Shown here: one piece after another, positions 8,751 to 18,126 of the stretch | Layout: every line of letters starts with the position of its first letter | Numbering within the stretch: position 1 is the stretch's first letter | Source of the DNA: a phage | Sequence record: PZ386951.1 | DNA: 64,000 bases | Strand: one strand, 5' to 3' | Made by a program: the position numbers and the translations under genes | The notes under the pieces: generated by a model | Databases searched by the model: none | Told to the model about the DNA's origin: nothing | Seen by the model: only the letters and a program-made list of their open reading frames with translations

Positions 8751-10567
8751 TACTGGCTCATCCATTCTTTACGAAGGTCAGCATTATCTCCCATGAGCAT
8801 TTCAAAAAGCTCTTTCCAGTTCTCAGGAAGTTTAACAACATCATATACTGGATTTTGAATCATTTCACGATATTCAGATTTTTCCAAAGAGCCAAGTCCT
8901 TTAATATAACGGATGCTATGTTTAGGTAGAGCATCTTTGGCACTCTCATATTCAGCGACTGTATAAAACCATTCTTGTTTTTTACCGACCTGAGCGATGA
9001 TTACAGGAGTTTTGACAAAGCGAATTCGTCCTTGCTCAAACAATTCTGGCCAATTACTAAAAAATCCGAGCAGAGAAGGATAAATGCTTCCTAGACCATC
9101 ATAGTCAGCATCAGTCATAATAGCAATATTGCGATAATTCAAGTTTTCAGCTTTTTCACCAAGAACTAGACCAGTGATTGCGCAAATATCAAACAGTTCT
9201 TTGTTTTTAAGCATATCAGCATATGACATACCCCAGCTATTAAGAACTTTACCGCGTAATGGATAACCACCATGAAGTTCTTTATCGCGAACATCAATAA
9301 GATATCCGATAGCAGAATCACCCTCAGTCAAGAAAAGAGTAGTATCAGCATCTTTACCACAAAGATTCGCTTTAATATGTTTATGAACCTTAGCTTTAGA
9401 AGCCTTTTTAGCTGCTTTAGTTTCTGCCGCTTTTTCTGCCGCCAATTTACGAGCTAGTGCAGCTTCAATAATCGGCATCAAAATCGCTTCATTATTCAAA
9501 ATAGCACGTGAAATCTTTTTAGCATCAAGTTGAATATGACTACGGATTTCACCAAATGGAGAAGTCAAACGCTCTTTAGTTTGAGAATCAAATCGCATGT
9601 TTTTCATATCACGAACAAACATAACGATAGTCAAACATTCTTTAACGCGTGCTTTAGTTACATCAATTTTGAACTTACGTTTGATTTGTGGAATAAGGTC
9701 TTCACAAATATCATCCATAACACAATCAATGTGATGGCCACCATTCTTAGTATGAATGTTATTCACATAAGTTAATTGACGAAAACCATCCGGTGAACGA
9801 CCAACCGCAATAGAACAATTTTCTTGCTCTTGAACAATAGCATGTTCATCATACTGTCGTGCATATTTCTTAAAATTGCCCTGAACCTTTTTACCATTAA
9901 AGGTAAATTGAATATCAGGATAAACAACAGCAAGTGTCTGGAGACGATCTAATGTAATGTCAAGATAAACTTGGGACAGCTCATTAGTTTCAAATGTCAT
10001 AAAATCAGGAATGAAAGTAACACGGGTTCCTTTCCATTTTCCAGGAATATCTTCCCATGATTTATTTTCCATGCCATTTGAACAACGAACTACAATATTA
10101 TTTTGACCGTCGCCAGTTTCACCAACAAACATCACAGAAAAAATATTTGTCAAACTAGAACCAACACCATTCATACCGCCAGTGACGCGTTCTTTATCAT
10201 CACCAAAGTTACCACCTGCTTTTGGAATAGTCCATGCAGCAACAGGACCAGGAATTTCTTCACCGGTAGGTGTTTTAACCATCGCCTGTGGAATACCGCG
10301 ACCGTTATCTTCAACTGTTACTTGATTGTTTTTAATAGTAACATTAATTTTATTTGCGAATTTAAACTTAGTACGAATACCTTCATCGACTGAGTTATCG
10401 ATAATTTCATCAATAAGCTTAACAAGACCAGGTACATACTGAACACTTTCCCATTTACCAAACAGAAAGCGCTCATGCATTTCATTAGCTGAAGAGCCAA
10501 TGTACATGCCGCTACGCTTTTTGATATGTTCAATATCGCTCAGAATTTTAATTTCATTCTTAATCAT
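8750..10567 (-). CDS. 39: DNA topoisomerase II large subunit gp39 (GyrB-like ATPase), unsplit form
   Basis: About 605 aa from ATG at 10565-10567 (track start is GTG one codon upstream); MIKNEIKILSDIEHIKKRSGMYIGS... GHKL ATPase; no separate gene 60. Confidence 0.92.
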   Translation of the reverse strand: MIKNEIKILSDIEHIKKRSGMYIGSSANEMHERFLFGKWESVQYVPGLVKLIDEIIDNSVDEGIRTKFKFANKINVTIKNNQVTVEDNGRGIPQAMVKTPTGEEIPGPVAAWTIPKAGGNFGDDKERVTGGMNGVGSSLTNIFSVMFVGETGDGQNNIVVRCSNGMENKSWEDIPGKWKGTRVTFIPDFMTFETNELSQVYLDITLDRLQTLAVVYPDIQFTFNGKKVQGNFKKYARQYDEHAIVQEQENCSIAVGRSPDGFRQLTYVNNIHTKNGGHHIDCVMDDICEDLIPQIKRKFKIDVTKARVKECLTIVMFVRDMKNMRFDSQTKERLTSPFGEIRSHIQLDAKKISRAILNNEAILMPIIEAALARKLAAEKAAETKAAKKASKAKVHKHIKANLCGKDADTTLFLTEGDSAIGYLIDVRDKELHGGYPLRGKVLNSWGMSYADMLKNKELFDICAITGLVLGEKAENLNYRNIAIMTDADYDGLGSIYPSLLGFFSNWPELFEQGRIRFVKTPVIIAQVGKKQEWFYTVAEYESAKDALPKHSIRYIKGLGSLEKSEYREMIQNPVYDVVKLPENWKELFEMLMGDNADLRKEWMSQ

Positions 10568-10594
10568 CACTTATCCTCGTTTGGTTTCGGGAAT

Positions 10595-10619
10595 ATTATA
10601 CTCCAATAATCATAAAGCT
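10595..10619 (-). promoter_or_regulatory. MotA-dependent middle promoter candidate upstream of gene 39
   Basis: Minus strand reads AGCTTTA (MotA-box-like), 12-nt spacer, TATAAT. Confidence 0.5.
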
Positions 10620-10620
10620 A

Positions 10621-10636
10621 AAGGCCCGAAGGCCTT
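10621..10636 (-). terminator. intercistronic GC stem-loop (UUCG loop)
   Basis: AAGGCC CGAA GGCCTT. Confidence 0.5.
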
Positions 10637-10897
10637 TTATTTAAAACGAATAGTCGAATCCTTGAAGAATAGTCCAGAACATACTGTTCCTTCTACTTTC
10701 TGCCCAGTAGGTCCAATAGCACGAAATCCAGTATGCTGGAAATCATTTTCAGAGCAACCGAACCAATTATATCCAGTGATTTCAATATTAGTAAAACCAC
10801 TTGAAGACAAAACTTTGGTTGCATTATCAGCATCAGTACATCCTATTAAAGACACTGCTAATACTAATGCTGCAATAGAACGATTAATATATTTCAT
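10637..10897 (-). CDS. putative lipoprotein (about 86 aa)
   Basis: Signal peptide with lipobox-like LIGC (MKYINRSIAALVLAVSLIGCTD...); track start is GTG. Confidence 0.55.
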   Translation of the reverse strand: MKYINRSIAALVLAVSLIGCTDADNATKVLSSSGFTNIEITGYNWFGCSENDFQHTGFRAIGPTGQKVEGTVCSGLFFKDSTIRFK

Positions 10898-10902
10898 AAT
10901 TT

Positions 10903-11274
10903 TCACTTAAATTTAATGGCTTGAAGAAGACTAATAACTCTCAAGCGGCTTCTTTCATCTTTAACTGTAAAGGAAAGAGGGTCACCAGATTTCATAGTGA
11001 TAGTGCATTCAAAATCAAAATCTTCAGGAACTTCTTCGAAGAAGTCAAATTCTTCATCATAAATTAGAACATTACTTTGAAAACTGTGAAGAATTTTTCC
11101 ATCATTTCCAGATGCTGTACTAATCATTGTAACATTATGGCCTTTCATATCTTCAACGATAAATTCGCTTGTAGATATTACAGCATTAATAGAACCATTC
11201 CTATAAATAGCAGACATTAGATATTTCTTTTCTTCACCTTCGCGAATACGGTATTTCTTACCAATTTTAAACAT
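10903..11274 (-). CDS. hypothetical protein (about 123 aa)
   Basis: Minus ORF; ATG at 11272-11274 two codons inside the track GTG start. Confidence 0.55.
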   Translation of the reverse strand: MFKIGKKYRIREGEEKKYLMSAIYRNGSINAVISTSEFIVEDMKGHNVTMISTASGNDGKILHSFQSNVLIYDEEFDFFEEVPEDFDFECTITMKSGDPLSFTVKDERSRLRVISLLQAIKFK

Positions 11275-11276
11275 AA

Positions 11277-11453
11277 TCACCCTTTAAGTAAATCGTAAAA
11301 ACCACCATTCACATGCTTAGGAGCAGAAACTAACCGAATAGCAATCCGATGACAATCAGGACATACATCAGTATCCCTTTCAGAAATTTTCTTGATTTTT
11401 TCGTATTCTTTTGCACAGTCTTTGGATTGACATTTATAATCATAAAGAGGCAT
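11277..11453 (-). CDS. small zinc-ribbon protein (57 aa)
   Basis: MPLYDYKCQSKDCAKEYEKIKKISERDTDVCPDCHRIAIRL... contains CxxxxC...CxxC; below the ORF track size cut-off. Confidence 0.45.
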   Translation of the reverse strand: MPLYDYKCQSKDCAKEYEKIKKISERDTDVCPDCHRIAIRLVSAPKHVNGGFYDLLKG

Positions 11454-11455
11454 AA

Positions 11456-11875
11456 TTATTCCTTAAAGTGAGCTTTCAACATTTGATACAAGGACCATGC
11501 TTGTTCATTATTTTCAATAGTAACTTTCATTACCGGGAATTCTGTGAAATCTTCTATTTGTTCTTGCTCTTCCTGCTCTTGTTCTTCAGCAGCCTGATAT
11601 GGATTTTCAACTTCATCAAAGAACCCAGCTTCGTTAGTAGAGAGCCAGATAAAGTTTTCGTCAAGGATATCACCACCGGCACAACGTTTGAGCACACCTA
11701 TGGATGTCATAATTTTAGTAGGACGCCCAAGATAATCAGCATCTAAAATTTTAAAAGGCTCCATACCTAAACGTCGTGCATAGATTCCGTTATCAGTATG
11801 GTCTTTAATAAAATTTTCTTGAGCTTGTTTATTTTTAAATTGATACCATTTATTAACTTCAAATTTAATAGCCAT
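11456..11875 (-). CDS. hypothetical protein (139 aa) with acidic [10 protein letters not shown] stretch
   Basis: Minus ORF with ATG start; in goF/cef position of the T4 map, identity not verified. Confidence 0.55.
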   Translation of the reverse strand: MAIKFEVNKWYQFKNKQAQENFIKDHTDNGIYARRLGMEPFKILDADYLGRPTKIMTSIGVLKRCAGGDILDENFIWLSTNEAGFFDEVENPYQAAEEQEQEEQEQIEDFTEFPVMKVTIENNEQAWSLYQMLKAHFKE

Positions 11876-12093
11876 TAATAAATTTCCTTCCAGTAAGTTG
11901 TGCCATCTTCAGTAATTTCACGAAATACACCGTAAATTGGTTGTTTATCACCGACTTTCTCATACACATAAACCGAAGTCAAGTGAGTAAACTTGCTAGT
12001 ATGTTCCTTTTGAACTACTACCAAATCTGGATCGAATAATACATCTTCAAATTCATCATTAGTGCAATTCTGAACAATTTTACGTTTCATCAT
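11875..12093 (-). CDS. hypothetical protein (72 aa)
   Basis: Minus ORF with ATG start, coupled to downstream ORF. Confidence 0.5.
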   Translation of the reverse strand: MMKRKIVQNCTNDEFEDVLFDPDLVVVQKEHTSKFTHLTSVYVYEKVGDKQPIYGVFREITEDGTTYWKEIY

Positions 12094-12263
12094 AATTTCC
12101 TCATTAATTGAACATTGGAGAGATGCGTTTCAGAAGAGTATCAGCACCTTTAACGAATTATCCATTTTATTCTTCAAGTTGTTTTCTGTATCAGTAGTTG
12201 ATATTGATATAGTACCATAATCAACTACTGATGTATATAGTTTTATGAAAAAAATTTTAAACT

Positions 12264-12755
12264 TTATGCATAGCGAGCTTTGCTGTAGTGTTTAATCCAA
12301 CTTTCAGGAATGACTTTGTATGTTCCTAAAAATACCACATTGTACAGCTTAACACCATCTTCTACCCATTGATCAGTAATGTATGCACACATAGCGCGAG
12401 TACGCTGAGGAAGTGGTTGTCCACCTTCGGTAAATTCAAACTCATAAGGAGCAACGAACTTGATAGCTTGACCGAGTTTCCACTTAAAGTCTACACCTAC
12501 GTGCGAAGTATCAATTGTTTCAATTCCTTTAGCAGGAACATCTTTCAAAAACGCAGATTCAAGAAATTTCGCACGAACATAGCCAAACTGAGGTTTAGAC
12601 TTTCCATCTTTAGGAATGATACGAACTTTTACTTCAGAATCTTCATCTTTAACACCATGCTTAAGCTGAATGCTTACAATTTCGACCAATTTTCCTGCTG
12701 CTTTAGAACGGGATTTATCAGATACACGAGCAATTTCACCAATATTAATAATCAT
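12264..12755 (-). CDS. motB: MotB-like protein (163 aa)
   Basis: Length (T4 MotB about 162 aa) and position between gene 39 block and dexA; sequence identity not verified. Confidence 0.5.
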   Translation of the reverse strand: MIINIGEIARVSDKSRSKAAGKLVEIVSIQLKHGVKDEDSEVKVRIIPKDGKSKPQFGYVRAKFLESAFLKDVPAKGIETIDTSHVGVDFKWKLGQAIKFVAPYEFEFTEGGQPLPQRTRAMCAYITDQWVEDGVKLYNVVFLGTYKVIPESWIKHYSKARYA

Positions 12756-12799
12756 AGTTATCTCTCACTTGTTAAAAAGATTTTATACTCCACAGGACC

Positions 12800-12829
12800 A
12801 TTATACTCTGGTCCCAAGAGTTTGTAAAC
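12800..12829 (-). promoter_or_regulatory. T4-type early promoter
   Basis: ATTATA at 12800-12805 and GTAAAC at 12824-12829. Confidence 0.5.
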
Positions 12830-13263
12830 TAGCTTACACGAACATTAATCACTGCGCTGCGAGGAACTACTGAGTACTCTCCAGCATGAACTACATTAAG
12901 AAGTTCAACGCCATCTTCGATCCACTGATCAGTTACCCAACCGCCAATCGGATTCGCGAATGGACGACGAATGTAAACTGCCTTACACAACAAATCAGTC
13001 GGGTCTTCAGGTTTTTCAATTTCTGTCAATAGATTAAAATCTTCTTCATAGATGATGAATGATGATACCCTTCCATAATAGTTTCTAATTTCCATGTACA
13101 CTGTACCAATGAGAATTCCGCTATTAACACTAATAACAGTAAAAGGATATCCGCCAGTTGTACCAAGAAGTTCCCAAAATTTGCTATCAGTCGTATTCGA
13201 CATTGTCTGGAAATCAATTTCAGATGGTTTTTTCATTTGATACGCAGTATTAATTTTAATCAT
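12829..13263 (-). CDS. hypothetical protein (144 aa), paralog of the adjacent MotB-like protein
   Basis: C-terminal motif ...WVTDQWIEDGVELLNVVHAGEYSVVP resembles ...YITDQWVEDGVKLYNVVFLGTYKVIP of 12264..12755. Confidence 0.55.
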   Translation of the reverse strand: MIKINTAYQMKKPSEIDFQTMSNTTDSKFWELLGTTGGYPFTVISVNSGILIGTVYMEIRNYYGRVSSFIIYEEDFNLLTEIEKPEDPTDLLCKAVYIRRPFANPIGGWVTDQWIEDGVELLNVVHAGEYSVVPRSAVINVRVS

Positions 13264-13273
13264 AATTTTCTCT

Positions 13274-13774
13274 TTAGTTTAAGGTAATAAAGCCTTTTAG
13301 TTCGGCATAGGATTTACGGAACATTACTTGATGCCCGCCAACGATAACTTGGTCATCTGGTACTTCGTATATAGCAAGATAAAATCCTTTCGAAGCTAAT
13401 TCTTCACGCTCTTCTCGTGTGAACCATCTCATCATATCATATTCGCTAGCGAAAGCAAAATGATAAAGAGCTATAAACCATCCTGGAATATGATATTCTA
13501 CTCCAACATAATCTTTCTTGAACTTAGTATTAATTACTATATTAGCGTTTTTAACTAATAGTTTATCTTCGTGTGGTAAAGGAATTCTTTTATTATTATC
13601 GCTATGATGCATAAAATTAGGTCTGTCATAACCTACGTGTAATAGCCACTCTTCGCTCCATGAATCTATTATACTCCTGTACGGCGTTATTTGAACACAA
13701 AGATTTCGACGTATTGTTATAGCATCTTCATAATCAAGAATACTAAACGATGATTCAACACGATAAATTTTCAT
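13274..13774 (-). CDS. hypothetical protein (about 166 aa)
   Basis: Start placed at internal ATG 13772-13774 with GAGGA RBS, because the track start lies inside the upstream promoter. Confidence 0.55.
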   Translation of the reverse strand: MKIYRVESSFSILDYEDAITIRRNLCVQITPYRSIIDSWSEEWLLHVGYDRPNFMHHSDNNKRIPLPHEDKLLVKNANIVINTKFKKDYVGVEYHIPGWFIALYHFAFASEYDMMRWFTREEREELASKGFYLAIYEVPDDQVIVGGHQVMFRKSYAELKGFITLN

Positions 13775-13800
13775 TTTATTATCCTCAGTAGCTATGGTGT

Positions 13801-13831
13801 TATAATACCACAACTAACCGAGGAAGTAAAC
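13801..13831 (-). promoter_or_regulatory. T4-type early promoter
   Basis: TATAATACCA at 13801-13810, GTAAAC at 13826-13831. Confidence 0.6.
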
Positions 13832-13837
13832 AACTTT

Positions 13838-14521
13838 TTATCGTTTTGTTGGAAGAGATAGAGGATCGCAATCTTCCTCTGACGGAGCATCTTCAAGACC
13901 CATAGCGTATCGCAAAGCATACTTCATCATCAGGATGTCTTTCGCACAGTCATGAATAGAATCATGCGCAACGAATCCATCTAAAGTTCCTTTTGGAAGA
14001 GGACACGTGGTCATATCACGAACAAGCAGAAGTGCTTCAATTCTGGTACGAATATCACGCTGATTCCAGAATTTACATGGTTCTAACTTAAATGTGTCAA
14101 GTTCATTCTCAGAAACACCATTAAGACGTTGAATATCACGAATGAGATCGACTAAAATTGGAAAATCAAACGACATTCCACGGCACCAGCCTTGAGATTT
14201 CCAAGGATCGATATTATGCGCATTGATGTAATCATTAAATTTTGCAATACCGTCAATAGTGCTTACATCTTCATCTGATGGTGCAATATTTTTTCGAGCT
14301 TCAGGTGATTGATTTTTCCACCATTCGATAGTGCTTTTAGTAAAAAGACGATGTCCTTTTTGGCTTTTTAAATCAAATTTGATTTTAATGCCACGTGAAA
14401 CTAATTCATCAAATGTTTCAACTACTTCTGGATTAGGATCAAAGGCAATAACAGCCAAATCAATAACAGCTGCTTTTTCACCGCTTCCCATTGTTTCAAA
14501 ATCTATAATAAAATCAAACAT
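13838..14521 (-). CDS. dexA: exonuclease A (DEDD-type 3'-5' exonuclease)
   Basis: 227-aa ORF, same length as T4 DexA; N-terminal FDFIIDFETMG is an Exo I-like motif. Confidence 0.85.
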   Translation of the reverse strand: MFDFIIDFETMGSGEKAAVIDLAVIAFDPNPEVVETFDELVSRGIKIKFDLKSQKGHRLFTKSTIEWWKNQSPEARKNIAPSDEDVSTIDGIAKFNDYINAHNIDPWKSQGWCRGMSFDFPILVDLIRDIQRLNGVSENELDTFKLEPCKFWNQRDIRTRIEALLLVRDMTTCPLPKGTLDGFVAHDSIHDCAKDILMMKYALRYAMGLEDAPSEEDCDPLSLPTKR

Positions 14522-14763
14522 TAAATTTTCCTTGCTAAATCGCGAATTTGACCTACAGTATAATCTTGGATATAAACTTTATTAATAGGCTCATCAATAA
14601 ATTTTGCCATAGATTCAATATCTTTTTGCATCTCTTCAAGACTGTATATTATCTTTAAAGCTTTTTCGCGAATAGTAATATTTTCAGGACCAGAATTTTT
14701 CTCAATGACAGCTTTAACATTTGTCATAAGAGATTTAAACTGACACCAACTTAATTCAATCAT
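14521..14763 (-). CDS. hypothetical protein (about 80 aa)
   Basis: Minus ORF (track start GTG; internal ATG at 14761-14763); paralogous to 14756..15016. Confidence 0.5.
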   Translation of the reverse strand: MIELSWCQFKSLMTNVKAVIEKNSGPENITIREKALKIIYSLEEMQKDIESMAKFIDEPINKVYIQDYTVGQIRDLARKI

Positions 14764-15016
14764 TAATAACCGCCTTATAAAGATGGCTAATTTCACCTAA
14801 AACATAATCGCTGATTGTAACAGTTTTTACTTCACCACAAAAGAATTCTAACGCAATCAAATCTCGTTCAATTTCTTCCAATTGAAGCATTAACTTGCCT
14901 GATTCAGTTTTCACATTTTTGCGATTTTTGCTATAAGCTATTTCATAAATTTCGCTTACTTTATCTTGAAGAAGATAAAACTGATCTTTAGTTATTTCCA
15001 CGAATAGCTTCCTCAA
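14756..15016 (-). CDS. hypothetical protein (86 aa)
   Basis: Minus ORF with non-ATG (TTG) track start; shares LEE[IM]..D[IL]... and DY.[VL]G[QE]I motifs with the neighbour. Confidence 0.4.
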   Translation of the reverse strand: MRKLFVEITKDQFYLLQDKVSEIYEIAYSKNRKNVKTESGKLMLQLEEIERDLIALEFFCGEVKTVTISDYVLGEISHLYKAVIND

Positions 15017-15022
15017 ATTTAA

Positions 15023-16342
15023 TCATACATAAAATACATCATAACGACCACGGGTAACACCAACATAAAGAAGTTGTTGAGCTAATTCAGCATCTGCATA
15101 ATGAATACAAGGCGTATAAATGAAAGCACGGTCTACAGACATACCCTGAGCTTTATGGAATGTTGATGCAGGAAGTGCTTTCACTTTACTAAACTGTGAT
15201 TTAGCATCCCAAAAATCACTCCATGGAGCTTTTCCGCCTTTATTCCAGTTCTTATAAGTTTCTGCCGTTTTACCTAAAAATAGGTTAAACTTATACAGCT
15301 CTTCATCAGATGAAATTATTTTAATCTTTTCACGATAATATTCATCATCGCCGTAAGTTTCTACTGTTAAATCCCAATGACGAATTAAGTATTCTCCAGA
15401 AACACCACGAGCTTTAACAAAGGTTGATGTATACTCTGCTTCTATAATACGAACTAATTGTCCGTTATTAAAAATAATTTCTGACACAGGCTTTCCATCA
15501 ATTTTATATGTTTTAATTAATGGTTCCTGCATTACAATAATTTCACCGACAATAAAATCTTTATCAGTTTCAAAAATCTTTTTACGAATAATGCTATTTA
15601 ACTTGTCAACAGATTTATTCGTAAATGCCATTACACGATTTTCAAACAAATCATCTAGTGATTTGACGATTGAAAAATAATTTACCATAAAATCGCGTAA
15701 AGCGGTATCACCAGTAAATCCACGTACTCCATGACCGTCAACAACTTTATCATAAATCCACTTACCGTTGCGAACATCAGTAGCTACATCAATAATAGGA
15801 GCATTACTGCGTTTAACTTCAGTAAGTTCACATTGATAAAAATCTTTATGTGTAAAGAATGGACTGATATAAGCAGTATTTTCTCCTGGATCAACAGGTC
15901 TAATTTGCTTATTATCACCTATTCCAATTATTGTGCACCACGGTGGAATAGTTGAAAGCAAAATTTTGAAGAGCTTTCTATCATACATTGACCCTTCGTC
16001 GCAGATTAATACCCTGCATTTAGCTAAATCTGGTACTTCTTTTTGTTCAAAAAGAACGTTTTCTTCATATGTTACTGGGTTAATTTTAAGAATACTATGA
16101 ATAGTACTCGCTTCTTTCCCTGATAGTTTTGAAAGAATCTTTTTAGCTGCATGAGTAGGAGCTGCTAAAATAATACCAGTTTCACCCGTAGATATTAAAG
16201 CTTCAATGATGAACTTAGTAAGAGTAGTCTTACCGGTACCGGCAGGTCCATTAATAGTTACATGGTGTTTCTTTTCTTTAATAGCCTTCATAACGATGTT
16301 AAAGGCATTTTTCTGGCCTTCGGTCAAATCATCAAATGTCAT
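15023..16342 (-). CDS. dda: Dda DNA helicase (SF1B)
   Basis: 439-aa ORF, same length as T4 Dda; Walker A GPAGTGKT; start MTFDDLTEGQKNAFNIV. Confidence 0.92.
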   Translation of the reverse strand: MTFDDLTEGQKNAFNIVMKAIKEKKHHVTINGPAGTGKTTLTKFIIEALISTGETGIILAAPTHAAKKILSKLSGKEASTIHSILKINPVTYEENVLFEQKEVPDLAKCRVLICDEGSMYDRKLFKILLSTIPPWCTIIGIGDNKQIRPVDPGENTAYISPFFTHKDFYQCELTEVKRSNAPIIDVATDVRNGKWIYDKVVDGHGVRGFTGDTALRDFMVNYFSIVKSLDDLFENRVMAFTNKSVDKLNSIIRKKIFETDKDFIVGEIIVMQEPLIKTYKIDGKPVSEIIFNNGQLVRIIEAEYTSTFVKARGVSGEYLIRHWDLTVETYGDDEYYREKIKIISSDEELYKFNLFLGKTAETYKNWNKGGKAPWSDFWDAKSQFSKVKALPASTFHKAQGMSVDRAFIYTPCIHYADAELAQQLLYVGVTRGRYDVFYV

Positions 16343-16650
16343 CGTAAATTCCCTGCAATTGGTATACTAACAATACGCCCAGTATCTAAAATTCGCTGAT
16401 ATAATCTTTGTGTGTCTACGTCAGGCTTAACATGTTTAACTTCTATTTTATTAAACCAAAACTTGCGTGGAGTCTCAACTAATCTTGGAATTCCCTTACC
16501 TAAAGCTAGTTGATACTGCTCTTTAAGAGTGGTAAATACTTTATCAGCAATCTTCCATTCAAAAAATACAGCAGGACGATGTTCATCAAGCGGAACTGGC
16601 GCAGTAAATCCGTCTTTGTCTCGGTAAACTATCGCATATACATAAACCAT
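16339..16650 (-). CDS. hypothetical protein (103 aa), dda.1 position
   Basis: Minus ORF coupled (4-nt overlap) to dda. Confidence 0.6.
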   Translation of the reverse strand: MVYVYAIVYRDKDGFTAPVPLDEHRPAVFFEWKIADKVFTTLKEQYQLALGKGIPRLVETPRKFWFNKIEVKHVKPDVDTQRLYQRILDTGRIVSIPIAGNLR

Positions 16651-16651
16651 A

Positions 16652-17398
16652 TTATCCTCGGATAAGTTTAAAAATTGAACAATTTAGCGGGTATCCTCTT
16701 TTCAGTTTAAGTTTATCAATAAATGATAAGTTTTGAAACCGCTCTACACCTTGAATAATTTTATCACACATATCATATTGCATTTCTGCTTCTGACAACT
16801 TTTTCACAATTTTCCAATCCGAACCTTTAAGAAGAACGTTCAGTTTAACAACTTCAGCGCCTTCTGCTATACGAGAACCATCAATACGAGCTTTAAGTGC
16901 TACAATAGTTAATTTAATATCAGCGGTTTGTTTTGATTTAGAAAGCTGAGAAATGTGTTCAATTCGATTTTCACGCTTTTTCTGTATAGCTTTAATTTGA
17001 TTATAAGTCTTTTTGATTTTAGCCCATTTCTTTTCATCTAAATTTAGTTTATGAACTTTTTTCGCAGATGAACGACCAATTCGCAAAGCAAATAAATCAC
17101 GCTTTTCAATCAACTCTTCTAAAGTATAATCAGAACGAAATGTATTATACTTTTTCTTTACTGCAATAACATTCCCTTTAATGTATCCAACGTTATTATC
17201 AAAACGTTCTAATGATAATTTCTCTCCTTCAATACGATTATCAAAAGGTTCTCCCGAGTAAGCACAAACTTTTTGATCTAAAATGTTCTTAATGTAATTG
17301 AAGTCTAAGTTAAAATCTTTAGAACGTCTTTGTGCAGATGCCTGAGTGTGCTCTAAACGACGTTTAATTTTACGAATTTGATTATTAGACAGTTTCAT
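16652..17398 (-). CDS. srd: Srd-like protein (248 aa)
   Basis: Size and position (between dda and modA) match T4 srd; sequence identity not verified. Confidence 0.55.
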   Translation of the reverse strand: MKLSNNQIRKIKRRLEHTQASAQRRSKDFNLDFNYIKNILDQKVCAYSGEPFDNRIEGEKLSLERFDNNVGYIKGNVIAVKKKYNTFRSDYTLEELIEKRDLFALRIGRSSAKKVHKLNLDEKKWAKIKKTYNQIKAIQKKRENRIEHISQLSKSKQTADIKLTIVALKARIDGSRIAEGAEVVKLNVLLKGSDWKIVKKLSEAEMQYDMCDKIIQGVERFQNLSFIDKLKLKRGYPLNCSIFKLIRG

Positions 17399-17436
17399 AT
17401 TTTTCTCACATCTTACGGACGATTTAATACTTTATT

Positions 17437-17466
17437 ACTATAACATTTTTACCTTAACTTGTAAAC
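17437..17466 (-). promoter_or_regulatory. T4-type early promoter (weaker -10 TATAGT)
   Basis: ACTATA at 17437-17442 and GTAAAC at 17461-17466. Confidence 0.45.
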
Positions 17467-17523
17467 AACTTTATGTAAAAATGCTTTAAAACTTTCATGG
17501 TATAATGAATCTAAGTCCTTCCA

Positions 17524-18126
17524 TTATAGATTAAATCCTTCAAAATCAAGAGTATAGATAGTGTATGCTGAATACTTTTTGTACTCATATCTATCTGCAA
17601 TTCTAAATACACTTCCAGCTGGTATCATTACTTCTTGTTCATCTGAAACTAATTCCATATTACGATAACGATGGCTATCCGGAAACTTAAAGTTTGGATT
17701 GTATTCTTTACAGCGTAGAGCTTTTATAGCATACTCCTGGAAATTGAATACCATAGGAGCTTTGAATTCAAAAATAACTTGTGTGTTATACTCTAAACCG
17801 GAAGCAAAATGTAGAGCTATATTTTTATCATATGAAGCTGATACGACTTTATCAAATGTAATAATATCAATTCCTTGATTTAATACTTGCTTAGTCTCAG
17901 CTGGAACACCTCTCCAAAGAGGTTTATCGTTTGGGACCAAACGAGATTTGATTATTTCATTTAACCAAGTATGGTCATCTGGCTTATTAGTAATACAATG
18001 AATTAAAAGTTCAATTTCAGATAAATTAAACCCTTCAGAAAGTAATTCTTCACGAATAGAAGCACGCACCGATGCATCCATTGATTTTATTTTAAAATCT
18101 TTTAGTTGCATTACTGAGTATTTCAT
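17524..18126 (-). CDS. modA: ModA ADP-ribosyltransferase
   Basis: 200-aa ORF, same length as T4 ModA, adjacent and coupled to the 207-aa ModB-sized ORF. Confidence 0.7.
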   Translation of the reverse strand: MKYSVMQLKDFKIKSMDASVRASIREELLSEGFNLSEIELLIHCITNKPDDHTWLNEIIKSRLVPNDKPLWRGVPAETKQVLNQGIDIITFDKVVSASYDKNIALHFASGLEYNTQVIFEFKAPMVFNFQEYAIKALRCKEYNPNFKFPDSHRYRNMELVSDEQEVMIPAGSVFRIADRYEYKKYSAYTIYTLDFEGFNL

